DNA of 64,000 bases from positions 2,012-66,011 of the IMG/VR virus record IMGVR_UViG_3300010266_000007; one strand, written 5' to 3'. The translations under genes and the position numbers were made by a program. Below are positions 1 to 7,848 of this stretch, in pieces (position 1 is the first letter of the stretch; every line of letters begins with the position of its first letter). Origin of the DNA: a virus (lineage: Duplodnaviria > Caudoviricetes). Below the pieces are notes generated by a model, which searched no databases, was not told the origin of the DNA, and saw nothing but the letters and a program-made list of their open reading frames with translations.

Positions 1-681
1 TATCTCGGAAATCATTTCTGCAAGCCATTGTTTCGCACCTTCATAGTCCCTATCCAAGAACGGCTCTTCGATGAAGGTATCGGTGCGGAAACAGTTGAAG
101 CAAAGCTTGTGAGGCCGAACACCGTATTCCTCCTCGACCGCAGCCGAATAGAGGTACAGCTGCCTAAGATAAGCGTCCAGTTCCTCGTCCGTTTTGGTCG
201 GTTTCTCTCGCTTGCTCCGAGGCTTCAAAACCCTGGACTTGTTATCCACCACATAGAGGGAGCCATCCAGCTCTCCAAGAAAATCAATGTAGCCAATGAA
301 GGGGATTCCATTCACCTTGAAATCCACCTTCTTTTCAATGGCTGCAGGTCGATACGGAAACGGGTGGATGCCACGCAAATACTCAAGACCACCAGTGAAG
401 TAGTTCCCGAAGACCGTTTTATTTGGCGCCCGACCGACAACCTCTTTCTTGAAATCTCGCAGGTAAATGTCTGTCAACTGGCGCGGGGATTTTCCCTCCT
501 TGAAGTAGGTTTCAATCAGCTTGTGCATGAATGTGCCATAGCTTGCGAAAAACATTTCTTTGCCGCGGATATGCCGGATGTACTTCAGATAAAATCGATA
601 TGGGCAATCTACGAAAGCTTTGATACGGGAGTAGCTCCAGACCATATCATCAATGAGCGGTGCGTAATTGATTTCTCCCAT
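1..681 (-). CDS. PD-(D/E)XK (AddB/Cas4-like) exonuclease, runs off left edge
   Basis: Manual translation MGEINYAPLIDDMVWSYSRIKAFVDCPYRFYL...IEKK...GYIDF...VVDNKS...QLYLYS; RBS AAAGGTGG upstream of ATG 681; absent from ORF track because it is open at the edge. Confidence 0.85.
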   Translation of the reverse strand, partial: MGEINYAPLIDDMVWSYSRIKAFVDCPYRFYLKYIRHIRGKEMFFASYGTFMHKLIETYFKEGKSPRQLTDIYLRDFKKEVVGRAPNKTVFGNYFTGGLEYLRGIHPFPYRPAAIEKKVDFKVNGIPFIGYIDFLGELDGSLYVVDNKSRVLKPRSKREKPTKTDEELDAYLRQLYLYSAAVEEEYGVRPHKLCFNCFRTDTFIEEPFLDRDYEGAKQWLAEMISEI

Positions 682-693
682 AGTCCGCCACCT

Positions 694-1065
694 TTAGAAA
701 GGCAGGCGGTTGTCGTCGATTTCGCCCTCATCAACTGTGGGCTGCGGCTCTGTACTGCTGTCACGAGGTTCCTCTCCGTCAAGCTCAAAGGAGAACATTT
801 TGAAGTTGGTATATGTAACCTTTTTCTCTTTGTCGTACTTGGTTGTCACATCCACATCGCCGAGTTTGATGCGGTTGCCCTCTTTCAAACTGGCAGCTTT
901 CTTTGCTGCCGCCGTTCCGATGGCGAGAACGAAACCGGAAAAATCCTGTTCATACTCGCCAGACTGTTTGTTCTTTCGACTGATGGACATACGAACCTTC
1001 GTGCTGGTGTCGCTCATCGGCGTCACTTCCCAGACCTTTGCATAAGCACCTGTGCGAAAACCCAT
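694..1065 (-). CDS. ssb: Single-stranded DNA-binding protein
   Basis: 123 aa, beta-rich OB-like core, acidic tail ending DDNRLPF, next to ERF. Confidence 0.75.
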   Translation of the reverse strand: MGFRTGAYAKVWEVTPMSDTSTKVRMSISRKNKQSGEYEQDFSGFVLAIGTAAAKKAASLKEGNRIKLGDVDVTTKYDKEKKVTYTNFKMFSFELDGEEPRDSSTEPQPTVDEGEIDDNRLPF

Positions 1066-1068
1066 GTG

Positions 1069-1770
1069 TTACTCCTCCTTAATACTGAATGTCTCTTTGA
1101 AATCTGCCAGCAATTTACCGGCAAGAGCTGACTCGGTGATGGCAAAATAGTTGCCACCCTTTGCGTACTTGGACACAAACTTTTTCACATCCTCCGCCTT
1201 ATCCTTATTGGACTCAAGGAAGTGCTTGACTGTCTCGTCAAAACTCTGGATGATGCCTTCCGCAATCATCTTATCCTCAGCCGCCTCAGCAGCACGCTGC
1301 TTGCTGCGGAAATTATCGGGGTCGTCATCCGGCGTTGCGATGTTGAAATACTTGAGAAGGAAGTACCGACTTGAGTAAGTCAACCCGGAACCAAATGCCT
1401 GTGAAGCATCGCTCTGTTGTCCAACAAGAGCCCAACTGACATCGATGCGCTCTTCGGGATTGTCGTTGTTGACCCAAGACCATGTCATATCGGCGCTTAC
1501 CAGAATCTCGTTGCTATTTTCTTCGTAAAACTCGCCCTTACCAGTTGTCTTGGTTTTCTTATATGTATAGGGTTCTACTCTTGTAGTTCCAGACTGAATA
1601 CTGGGAACCAGTGACAGGTGATACTTGTCCATAAAAACCGAGATTTTTGCGAGAATTTCATCTTCGGTGACATACTTGTAGCCGTAGCCGCTTTTGTTTT
1701 TCCGGATGACCTCGACCTGTTTTCTGACCTTGGCAAGCTTTTGATAAATGTTGGCTGTCTGCTCTGACAT
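1069..1770 (-). CDS. erf: ERF-family single-strand annealing recombinase
   Basis: GYGYKYVTEDEIL and QAFGSGLTYSSRYFLLKYFNIA motifs. Confidence 0.85.
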   Translation of the reverse strand: MSEQTANIYQKLAKVRKQVEVIRKNKSGYGYKYVTEDEILAKISVFMDKYHLSLVPSIQSGTTRVEPYTYKKTKTTGKGEFYEENSNEILVSADMTWSWVNNDNPEERIDVSWALVGQQSDASQAFGSGLTYSSRYFLLKYFNIATPDDDPDNFRSKQRAAEAAEDKMIAEGIIQSFDETVKHFLESNKDKAEDVKKFVSKYAKGGNYFAITESALAGKLLADFKETFSIKEE

Positions 1771-1788
1771 AAATAACCTTCTTTCCTT

Positions 1789-2367
1789 TTATTCGCCGCA
1801 AAGATAGGTAGCTTCCATATCGGCAAGATGCAACAGGACAGCAAGCTTACTCCGCTCGAAAATTTTGCCGATAAAAGCATTCCCGCCCTTTACTGCTGTG
1901 TCCCAACCGCCCATATGAGCGCGGATAGCGAGAATTTCCTCCGGCTCAAGATGCATGAAGTTCTGAATAAGGATGACAGACTTGTCTGCGTGCTCTCCGC
2001 AGGGGAACTTCTCATCGATTTCATAGACCTCTTTCTTGTACCACTGGCCGGTCTCATCATCCTTGACATTGCGAAAGCCTTTCTTGTAGAAGTTGACCTT
2101 GCAAATGTCGTGAAGCAGCGAAACAACTGCGACAGTTTCTTCGGGGTAGCTGTTCTGCAATCCGGCGTTTGCCAGCCCTCTCTTTAAGCAGTCATACACA
2201 TTCAGGGAATGCTGAAGAAGCCCACCTTCATGGCAGCCGTGGAACTTTGTGGATGCTGGTGCAACGAAGAAGTCGGAATCCTCCAACCATCGCAGAAGCA
2301 TATCGGAGCCATCTCTGTGTACTGCGTTATTGTACACAGAAAAAAATCTCTCCTTTAACTCGCCCAT
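1789..2367 (-). CDS. HD-domain hydrolase
   Basis: APASTKFHG...HSLNV...LLHDICK...H..KS...IRAHMG...LHLADMEA; start moved to ATG 2367 after RBS AAAGGAG. Confidence 0.8.
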   Translation of the reverse strand: MGELKERFFSVYNNAVHRDGSDMLLRWLEDSDFFVAPASTKFHGCHEGGLLQHSLNVYDCLKRGLANAGLQNSYPEETVAVVSLLHDICKVNFYKKGFRNVKDDETGQWYKKEVYEIDEKFPCGEHADKSVILIQNFMHLEPEEILAIRAHMGGWDTAVKGGNAFIGKIFERSKLAVLLHLADMEATYLCGE

Positions 2368-2387
2368 AGGAACCACTCCTTTCAATC

Positions 2388-2415
2388 TTATATTTTATTT
2401 AATTGTGTTGATATA
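2388..2415 (-). promoter_or_regulatory. AT-rich 28-bp motif, copy A (TATATCAACACAATTAAATAAAATATAA)
   Basis: 24/28 identical to 19222-19249; lies just upstream of the RBS of the HD-ERF-SSB-nuclease operon. Confidence 0.5.
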
Positions 2416-2420
2416 TGTAA

Positions 2421-2448
2421 AGAGAAACCTGCTTGATGCAGGTTCTCT
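2421..2448 (-). terminator. Rho-independent terminator of the mazF-mrpR-like operon
   Basis: AACCTGC/GCAGGTT stem followed by a T-rich tract on the minus strand, directly after the stop at 2451. Confidence 0.6.
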
Positions 2449-2450
2449 GA

Positions 2451-2972
2451 TTACCAATTTCGGTTGGATTTGGGAATGGGATAAAGCTTTTCTGCCGTTG
2501 TCTTTGCATGGGACAACTTCATTTTACCGTATGTCTGCATCAAAAGCATGACTGCGATATTACGGTTTCCGTCCAATTCCAAATCCTGATACTGGCTTTT
2601 CCCATACAGACTTCCGTTTGCGGTGCGGAATGGGAGCCTCTCTTCACCGACATTCTGCCAGCCAAAACGGCTGGTATAACCATAAGTACCATCGTACTTC
2701 TTGATAAGAGACTTCTTGGCTTCCTCATCGCAGAAAACAGGATTGTCTCGCTTAAAAGACTCGATACGCTCCCAAACCGCATCGTACATATCGGGATTCT
2801 TTACATCCTCCATCATACGCTGCTCCAGCTCGGGGTCAGTATGTTCTGCGATATATGCCTTGATTAAACGGCTGCGCTCTTCGCCGACAGCTCGTTCACC
2901 AATCTCTTTGGCTGTTTCTGTGGCAAGCCAAGCACCGCCTGCAAAGATTGAAAACAAATCTCCGATACCCAT
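2451..2972 (-). CDS. Hypothetical protein with hydrophobic N-terminus
   Basis: 173-aa ORF co-oriented and 12 bp from the upstream gene. Confidence 0.6.
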   Translation of the reverse strand: MGIGDLFSIFAGGAWLATETAKEIGERAVGEERSRLIKAYIAEHTDPELEQRMMEDVKNPDMYDAVWERIESFKRDNPVFCDEEAKKSLIKKYDGTYGYTSRFGWQNVGEERLPFRTANGSLYGKSQYQDLELDGNRNIAVMLLMQTYGKMKLSHAKTTAEKLYPIPKSNRNW

Positions 2973-2984
2973 TTTTTCACCGCC

Positions 2985-3935
2985 TTACATCAGGAAAGCC
3001 AGCTTCCAACGCTGGTAGTCTTCCATATAGTCTTTTTCAATTTTGTTTTGTTTGTGCTCCAGCTTGACCCTGCCTTTGACAACATATGTCCGCCCGGACA
3101 TGAAATCAACTGCTGCGTCAGAGAAGTCCACTGGAATACCAGCCCGCTCTCTCTCGTACATCCGATAGAAAAGCCCGGACATCCATACTCTGTAGAAGCT
3201 TAATTGCTGCTTTGTCTTGCCATCCTGAAGTGCGGCGGCAGAGCGGTGCGAAAGCATAGAGCGAATGGACATGGTTTTTGTGGTAGCCCGAACCCCACGC
3301 ATAATGGTATCGCCAGGAACTCTGTCACGCCGAATTTCCTTTGCGTAATTCGGATGTTTGTACAAAAAACCAGGAAGCTCCACCGCATTATGAAATGCAG
3401 GAAGGGATTCGCGGTAAAGAGGAACACAGTTATCGCCGTACCGAATGGACATATCCATGAAGTCTACATCCGAAGCCGTGATGCTCAGCGTATCTTCTTC
3501 CCGGATACCGGAAAACGCCATCCAGTAGTAGCAGCGGTAGAGATTATCGATAGTCTCGTCGCCCTCTGGGTCAAAGACCTCGTTGAGATACCGCTGGAGA
3601 TGTAGCGGGCTTGTGACCATCTGCTTTCTGACCTTGTCAAGACCGACCGCTGTGATGCGAAGCATCCCATCACAGGCACCCGGCACATTCATGGTGATAC
3701 ACCACTTGACATACTCTTTCAGTATCGTCAGCGACATCCATTGACTTTTGGAGCGCAATCCTACGATTTCATCAATCACAGGCTGTAGTTCCTCGGTGCT
3801 TTTCGTACACAAATCAGCGCCCCATGCCTCTTCATGCGGCTCAAACGCGGTAAATACCGTTGTTGCCACATTCGCGGTATTGATGCTTTGTGTATAGTTG
3901 CGGATGAAGTTTATCTTTAACCCTTCATTGTACAT
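2985..3935 (-). CDS. MrpR(YopR)-like phage repressor with degenerate tyrosine-recombinase fold
   Basis: 316 aa; N-terminal MYNEGLKINF, FSGIREEDTL box, C-terminal RVWMSGLFYRMYE; no HxxR or catalytic Tyr box recognisable, as in SPbeta MrpR (recognised from memory, not aligned). Confidence 0.62.
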   Translation of the reverse strand: MYNEGLKINFIRNYTQSINTANVATTVFTAFEPHEEAWGADLCTKSTEELQPVIDEIVGLRSKSQWMSLTILKEYVKWCITMNVPGACDGMLRITAVGLDKVRKQMVTSPLHLQRYLNEVFDPEGDETIDNLYRCYYWMAFSGIREEDTLSITASDVDFMDMSIRYGDNCVPLYRESLPAFHNAVELPGFLYKHPNYAKEIRRDRVPGDTIMRGVRATTKTMSIRSMLSHRSAAALQDGKTKQQLSFYRVWMSGLFYRMYERERAGIPVDFSDAAVDFMSGRTYVVKGRVKLEHKQNKIEKDYMEDYQRWKLAFLM

Positions 3936-3964
3936 GGCGAACCTCCCGTTAATTGTATGTAGGG

Positions 3965-4402
3965 TTATGCCGGAACGGCAGCATTCAAGCGGATTGCCTT
4001 ATGCCAAACGGCAAGCAGCACCTCAGTATCCAGAAATGAAATAGCGGAGGTAGCGAGGAGATTTGCTGCTGCTATCTGCCGCATATAGCGGTTGGACAAT
4101 GTGGTGATATACTGACCGATGCGTTCTTTCGACATACATTCGGGATTCTCGCACAGAACCATGCTATCCAAACGAAGGCCGCTGTCAGCCGACTTGATAA
4201 CAACATGGGTGGGCTGTCCGGCTTTCTTAATGGAACTGGTAAGGGGAAGGGCGATGATGTTGGGGCTGTGTGCGTTGCCGACATTGTTCTGAAAAACAAC
4301 ACCGGGACGCCAGCCATTTTGTTCGCAGCCGCTTCCTCCGAAGTCCATCAGATATACCTCTCCGATTTGAGGGATTCGCTGCTCGTTATGATGAAAACCC
4401 AA
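3965..4402 (-). CDS. mazF: MazF/PemK-family endoribonuclease
   Basis: GEVYLMDFGGSGCEQNGWRPGVVFQNNVGNAHSP...LTSSIKK...PTHV; catalytic Arg and Thr present; TTG start at 4402 after RBS AAGGAG. Confidence 0.85.
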   Translation of the reverse strand: MGFHHNEQRIPQIGEVYLMDFGGSGCEQNGWRPGVVFQNNVGNAHSPNIIALPLTSSIKKAGQPTHVVIKSADSGLRLDSMVLCENPECMSKERIGQYITTLSNRYMRQIAAANLLATSAISFLDTEVLLAVWHKAIRLNAAVPA

Positions 4403-4440
4403 GGTACTAACTCCTTCAATACAATTATGTTGATAGTTGG

Positions 4441-4469
4441 AGTATAGCATAATGGTGGTTTCAAGTCAA
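4441..4469 (-). promoter_or_regulatory. Sigma70/A-type promoter of the mazF-mrpR-like operon
   Basis: TTGACT-17 bp-TATACT with extended TG on the minus strand. Confidence 0.7.
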
Positions 4470-4496
4470 GTCAATTATATAGACAACATAAAAAGT

Positions 4497-4841
4497 TTAT
4501 GAGAAAATAAGGGTGTAGGTTTTCTCGGGCTCCACAGCTTTCATGTTACCGCAGTTTACCGTGAGTATAGTACCCAAAGGATTGGCGTCGCTATTGATTT
4601 CGGCAAATTTTATCCGGTCGATGCACATAGTACTTGTCTCGGACTTTAGGCAAATCAGATTGGGATTTTCGCATATCAACATAATTGGGAAGGACAATCT
4701 GATTTTGCAGGGGTCTGCCACACGATACCATTCCTGATTCTCCGTGCAGAAGAGAACCTGTTGCGGTTTGTTTCGGGAACAGTATTCCTTCAGTTCCCTC
4801 ACAGAAACTCTTTTTTTCATCTCGTAGTCAGAAACCTCCAT
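4497..4841 (-). CDS. Hypothetical protein (start may be ATG 4820)
   Basis: 114-aa ORF, co-oriented with neighbours. Confidence 0.6.
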   Translation of the reverse strand: MEVSDYEMKKRVSVRELKEYCSRNKPQQVLFCTENQEWYRVADPCKIRLSFPIMLICENPNLICLKSETSTMCIDRIKFAEINSDANPLGTILTVNCGNMKAVEPEKTYTLIFS

Positions 4842-4869
4842 TGATTTATGAGGAAGCCCATGTTATACT
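4841..4869 (+). promoter_or_regulatory. Candidate promoter for an antisense small RNA
   Basis: TTGATT-17 bp-TATACT with extended TG. Confidence 0.5.
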
Positions 4870-4875
4870 ACAAGT

Positions 4876-5010
4876 GGGTCATGATGAGTGGTGTCGTTAT
4901 GACCACGGCCTGTAAATCTATGGGCTGCTCGCATACTGTTTTCTTGAGTTTGTGTTCATCGGCAGTATGCAACATGGGATAGTCCGTCGAAAGGCGGGCT
5001 ATTCTTTTTC
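4876..5010 (+). ncRNA. Candidate ~135-nt three-hairpin small RNA
   Basis: Bounded by the promoter at 4841-4869 and terminator at 4980-5010; stems 4877-4904, 4931-4970, 4980-5001. Confidence 0.35.
4980..5010 (+). terminator. Rho-independent terminator
   Basis: TAGTCCGTC-GAAA-GGCGGGCTA followed by TTCTTTTTC. Confidence 0.6.
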
Positions 5011-5013
5011 CTA

Positions 5014-5042
5014 TTGACAGAAACATAAGTTTATGCTATCCT
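5014..5042 (+). promoter_or_regulatory. Promoter of the CI-like repressor, inside inverted repeat ATTGACAG-N20-CTGTCAAT (5013-5048)
   Basis: TTGACA-17 bp-TATCCT with extended TG. Confidence 0.7.
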
Positions 5043-5070
5043 GTCAATGCAAACAGTAGTTACGGTGTTA

Positions 5071-5099
5071 ATGCTACCACAAATAATGGGTCGTGTCAA
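5071..5099 (-). promoter_or_regulatory. Leftward promoter facing the repressor promoter
   Basis: TTGACA-17 bp-TAGCAT with extended TG on the minus strand. Confidence 0.65.
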
Positions 5100-5131
5100 C
5101 AACCAATCTCAAATTACGGAGGATAGTCATC

Positions 5132-5938
5132 ATGGACTTCGGCCAGCGCCTGAAAAATCTGCGTTTGGAGCGCGGATATACACAGCAGGATTTGAGTTCT
5201 GCTGTCGGAGTCTCTACCGTTGCTGTTAGGTCGTGGGAACACAACACGAAAAAGCCGAACATGGACGCCTTGATTGCACTTGGGCGTTTTCTGAACACAT
5301 CGATAGATACGCTTCTTGATATTCAGCCGAAAGGGAGCGAACAAAACTACACTTTTATACTCTCTCCCGCAGAGAAACGCTTCCTACAGAACTATCGTGA
5401 GCTTGATTCCCACGGCAAAAAAATCGTGAACACCGTATGCTCTTTGGAGAAAGAGCGTATTGACCTGGCGGCAAAACCGAAGAACCGCAGCAAAGTTATC
5501 CAGCTTGCAAATACCGAGAGAGAGCGGTATATCCCACGATATACTACACCATCCGCAGCCGGTACATCTGTCCCGCTTGACGGCGCTGACTTTGAGATGA
5601 TTCTGGTGGACAACAGTGTCCCAGACGAAGCAGATTACGCCGTAAACATCCAGGGAAACAGTATGTTCCCATATATTCACGATGGCGACATGGTATATGT
5701 GAAAAAGGATGCGGAAATGGCTATCGGCGATGTCGGTATCTTCTGTGTGGATGGCGCAATGTACTGCAAGCAGTACTATGTAGATGAAAATGGGAACCTT
5801 GAGTTAGTATCCGCGAACCCAGAGCTTCGTAACACGAATGTCTTTGTGTCGTCGGATAGCGGCAGCTCTGTAAAATGCTACGGAAAAGTTTTGATGGGCT
5901 TCAAGCTGGAACTGCCGGACTATTTGTTTGAGGAGTAA
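5132..5938 (+). CDS. CI/LexA-type repressor (XRE HTH plus S24 peptidase)
   Basis: N-terminal HTH (RLKNLRLERGYTQQDL...WEHN), Ala-Gly site PSAAG, GNSM serine and YCKQ lysine; RBS GGAGG before ATG 5132. Confidence 0.9.
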   Translation: MDFGQRLKNLRLERGYTQQDLSSAVGVSTVAVRSWEHNTKKPNMDALIALGRFLNTSIDTLLDIQPKGSEQNYTFILSPAEKRFLQNYRELDSHGKKIVNTVCSLEKERIDLAAKPKNRSKVIQLANTERERYIPRYTTPSAAGTSVPLDGADFEMILVDNSVPDEADYAVNIQGNSMFPYIHDGDMVYVKKDAEMAIGDVGIFCVDGAMYCKQYYVDENGNLELVSANPELRNTNVFVSSDSGSSVKCYGKVLMGFKLELPDYLFEE

Positions 5939-5970
5939 AAGAGCAGGGCAATCACGCCCTGCTTTTTCTT
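5937..5970. terminator. Bidirectional terminator between convergent genes
   Basis: AAAAGAGCAGGGC-aatcac-GCCCTGCTTTTT. Confidence 0.7.
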
Positions 5971-6200
5971 TACTGGATAGCAGACTGAATGTGGCTTTTT
6001 GCATCGTCGATTTTTTCGAGCGCATCATTCAGACTATCCAATGCGTCTTCCATCTTTTCAAACCGTTCTGTGCTTTGCAGATTTTCAGGGTAGTTATCAA
6101 CACAGTCCTGCTCCTTGTCGCAAACCCTTTCTACCACAGAAGCGGCATTGCTCAACATATTGAGGGCGTCTCTGAGCTGCCCCCGTCTTCTATCATCCAC
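5970..6200 (-). CDS. Hypothetical coiled-coil protein
   Basis: 76-aa ORF with RBS AGGAGG. Confidence 0.7.
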   Translation of the reverse strand: MDDRRRGQLRDALNMLSNAASVVERVCDKEQDCVDNYPENLQSTERFEKMEDALDSLNDALEKIDDAKSHIQSAIQ

Positions 6201-6235
6201 TCAATTCCTCCTATGAAAGCAATTTGCATAGTGAA

Positions 6236-6589
6236 TTAGGCCGTCTGCCATACACCAGCGATATTCATATCGAGCCGCAGAGTATCTTCTGCCGCCTTAG
6301 AGATAGAGAACGAAGTGACTTCCTGTAAAAGCTTACAGAAACTATTCTCTCTACCGTTTTCTAAAATGACCTCGTCGCAGAAGATGCTGATAGTCAGCAC
6401 TTTGTTATCCATATTGACACTCACGTCAATGACGGAGCAATCAATCTCTTCAAAAAGCGCATCGACTTTCTCGCAAGCTCTGCTGACCTGCTCGGATTTT
6501 TCCGGTGAGACAACAAAAGCCGCACCGAACTCTTTGGAGGCATCCTCAATCAAACCATGCACCGTGTCAAAACAACCTTTGTATTCCAT
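6236..6589 (-). CDS. Hypothetical protein
   Basis: Start reassigned to MEYKG after RBS. Confidence 0.65.
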   Translation of the reverse strand: MEYKGCFDTVHGLIEDASKEFGAAFVVSPEKSEQVSRACEKVDALFEEIDCSVIDVSVNMDNKVLTISIFCDEVILENGRENSFCKLLQEVTSFSISKAAEDTLRLDMNIAGVWQTA

Positions 6590-6602
6590 ATTGTCCGCCC
6601 CC

Positions 6603-6992
6603 TTATTCGATTGGTGTTGTGATACCATGAAAGGTAAATGTCAGCCGAATCCTGTTTTTTGCCAGAGGATAGACCTCTGTATTGCTGGCAAACTCAGCGG
6701 CTCTGGCAAACCACTCCGGATTATCAAAGTCCAACCTCTTTGCCTCGATAGAGACACTGCCCATTGTCTTGAACGGTTCACACAGTTTATATGAAAGAAC
6801 GGCATCCGTTCCTTTGGCGAAATGCTTGAGCACAGAATAGACGAACTTCATCTGCTGATGCTTGGGAAGACTGATGATGGTTGTCTTCATCTCATCATTC
6901 ATCACCTCATCATAAATGGCATCGACGAAACTGTCGAACGCCGTTTCAATGTCGGCATCAAGCGCATACTGCAAATCCAAATTGTTATCCAT
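6603..6992 (-). CDS. Hypothetical protein
   Basis: Start MDNNL after RBS GAAGGAG. Confidence 0.65.
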   Translation of the reverse strand: MDNNLDLQYALDADIETAFDSFVDAIYDEVMNDEMKTTIISLPKHQQMKFVYSVLKHFAKGTDAVLSYKLCEPFKTMGSVSIEAKRLDFDNPEWFARAAEFASNTEVYPLAKNRIRLTFTFHGITTPIE

Positions 6993-7031
6993 AAAGACCA
7001 CTCCTTCCAATATCTATTATACCACACACAG

Positions 7032-7634
7032 TCAACTGCAGAGCTGACAGGTGATTTCCACATCGCCAGATGCATTCTCTCCGAGAATTTGCAACAGAGA
7101 GTTCACAATCATAGATGCGTTGGTTTTTCCACTAAAAGAAAGAGAGACCTTCTTCATGGACATGATTTCATCCTTATCAGGCACTGAGGCACGAGATGCT
7201 ACTGGCTGGACAGGAGCTGGGGCAGGTTTTACCTCGCCCTTCAGGAACTGCCCCCATGCTTCTCGCTGTTCGGCATTCATGGAGTGCCCTACCGGGAACT
7301 TTACTGCAAGACCGTTTGTCTGGATGAACCGCCGTATGGTAAGCGGCTGCACATGGAACATAGCTGCCAGACTGGTTGCGTTTGCCCCGTAAATAGCCAG
7401 TAGGTGGTTGAGATATTCTTCCTGCGTCGGCTTGGAGACCTCCTTAAAAATCTCCCAGGAAGTAGGTTGGTTCAAGTTGATAGACAATGTTTTCCCATTC
7501 CTTTCTTTCCACTGCTTTTTCGTCAAGTTATCTGACGGGAGAGAACACTTCCGACTTTTGCTGCCACGCTTGCGATGGCGAGCCTGTTGAGCCAGCTGTT
7601 TATTTTGCCAGCAATCATAAGTAAAGTCATCCAC
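7032..7634 (-). CDS. Hypothetical protein
   Basis: GTG start after RBS GGAGG; basic N-terminus. Confidence 0.6.
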   Translation of the reverse strand: MDDFTYDCWQNKQLAQQARHRKRGSKSRKCSLPSDNLTKKQWKERNGKTLSINLNQPTSWEIFKEVSKPTQEEYLNHLLAIYGANATSLAAMFHVQPLTIRRFIQTNGLAVKFPVGHSMNAEQREAWGQFLKGEVKPAPAPVQPVASRASVPDKDEIMSMKKVSLSFSGKTNASMIVNSLLQILGENASGDVEITCQLCS

Positions 7635-7848
7635 CGTGTTCCTCCATCCTTTGATATACACGGAACTTCTCTTCCAATTCCGTTGGCGACCGTGCTTTTC
7701 CAAGCTTGCGAAAGCCATCCTCTACCAGCTCATACAAGAAGTAAAAGTCGCGGCTGTCTTTACTGGTCAGGATAAAGCGCAGCTCGTGATTACTATTATA
7801 GTATCCAACCCACACTCGCTCGCCTTTTGGGTATTTAGGTTCGCTCAA
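7627..7848 (-). CDS. Hypothetical protein
   Basis: TTG start MSEPKYPKG overlapping the end of the CCA gene. Confidence 0.55.
   Translation of the reverse strand: MSEPKYPKGERVWVGYYNSNHELRFILTSKDSRDFYFLYELVEDGFRKLGKARSPTELEEKFRVYQRMEEHGG

Noticed and set aside
1-681. Cas4 / CRISPR adaptation gene
   Set aside because: No cas genes or array in the window; the ERF/SSB context indicates a recombination exonuclease.
28-1131. 367-aa plus-strand ORF
   Set aside because: Antisense shadow of the nuclease and SSB genes; no RBS and no recognisable domain.
6236-6992. Possible tandem paralogy of two hypothetical genes
   Set aside because: Only similar size and vague C-terminal pattern; cannot be supported without an alignment.
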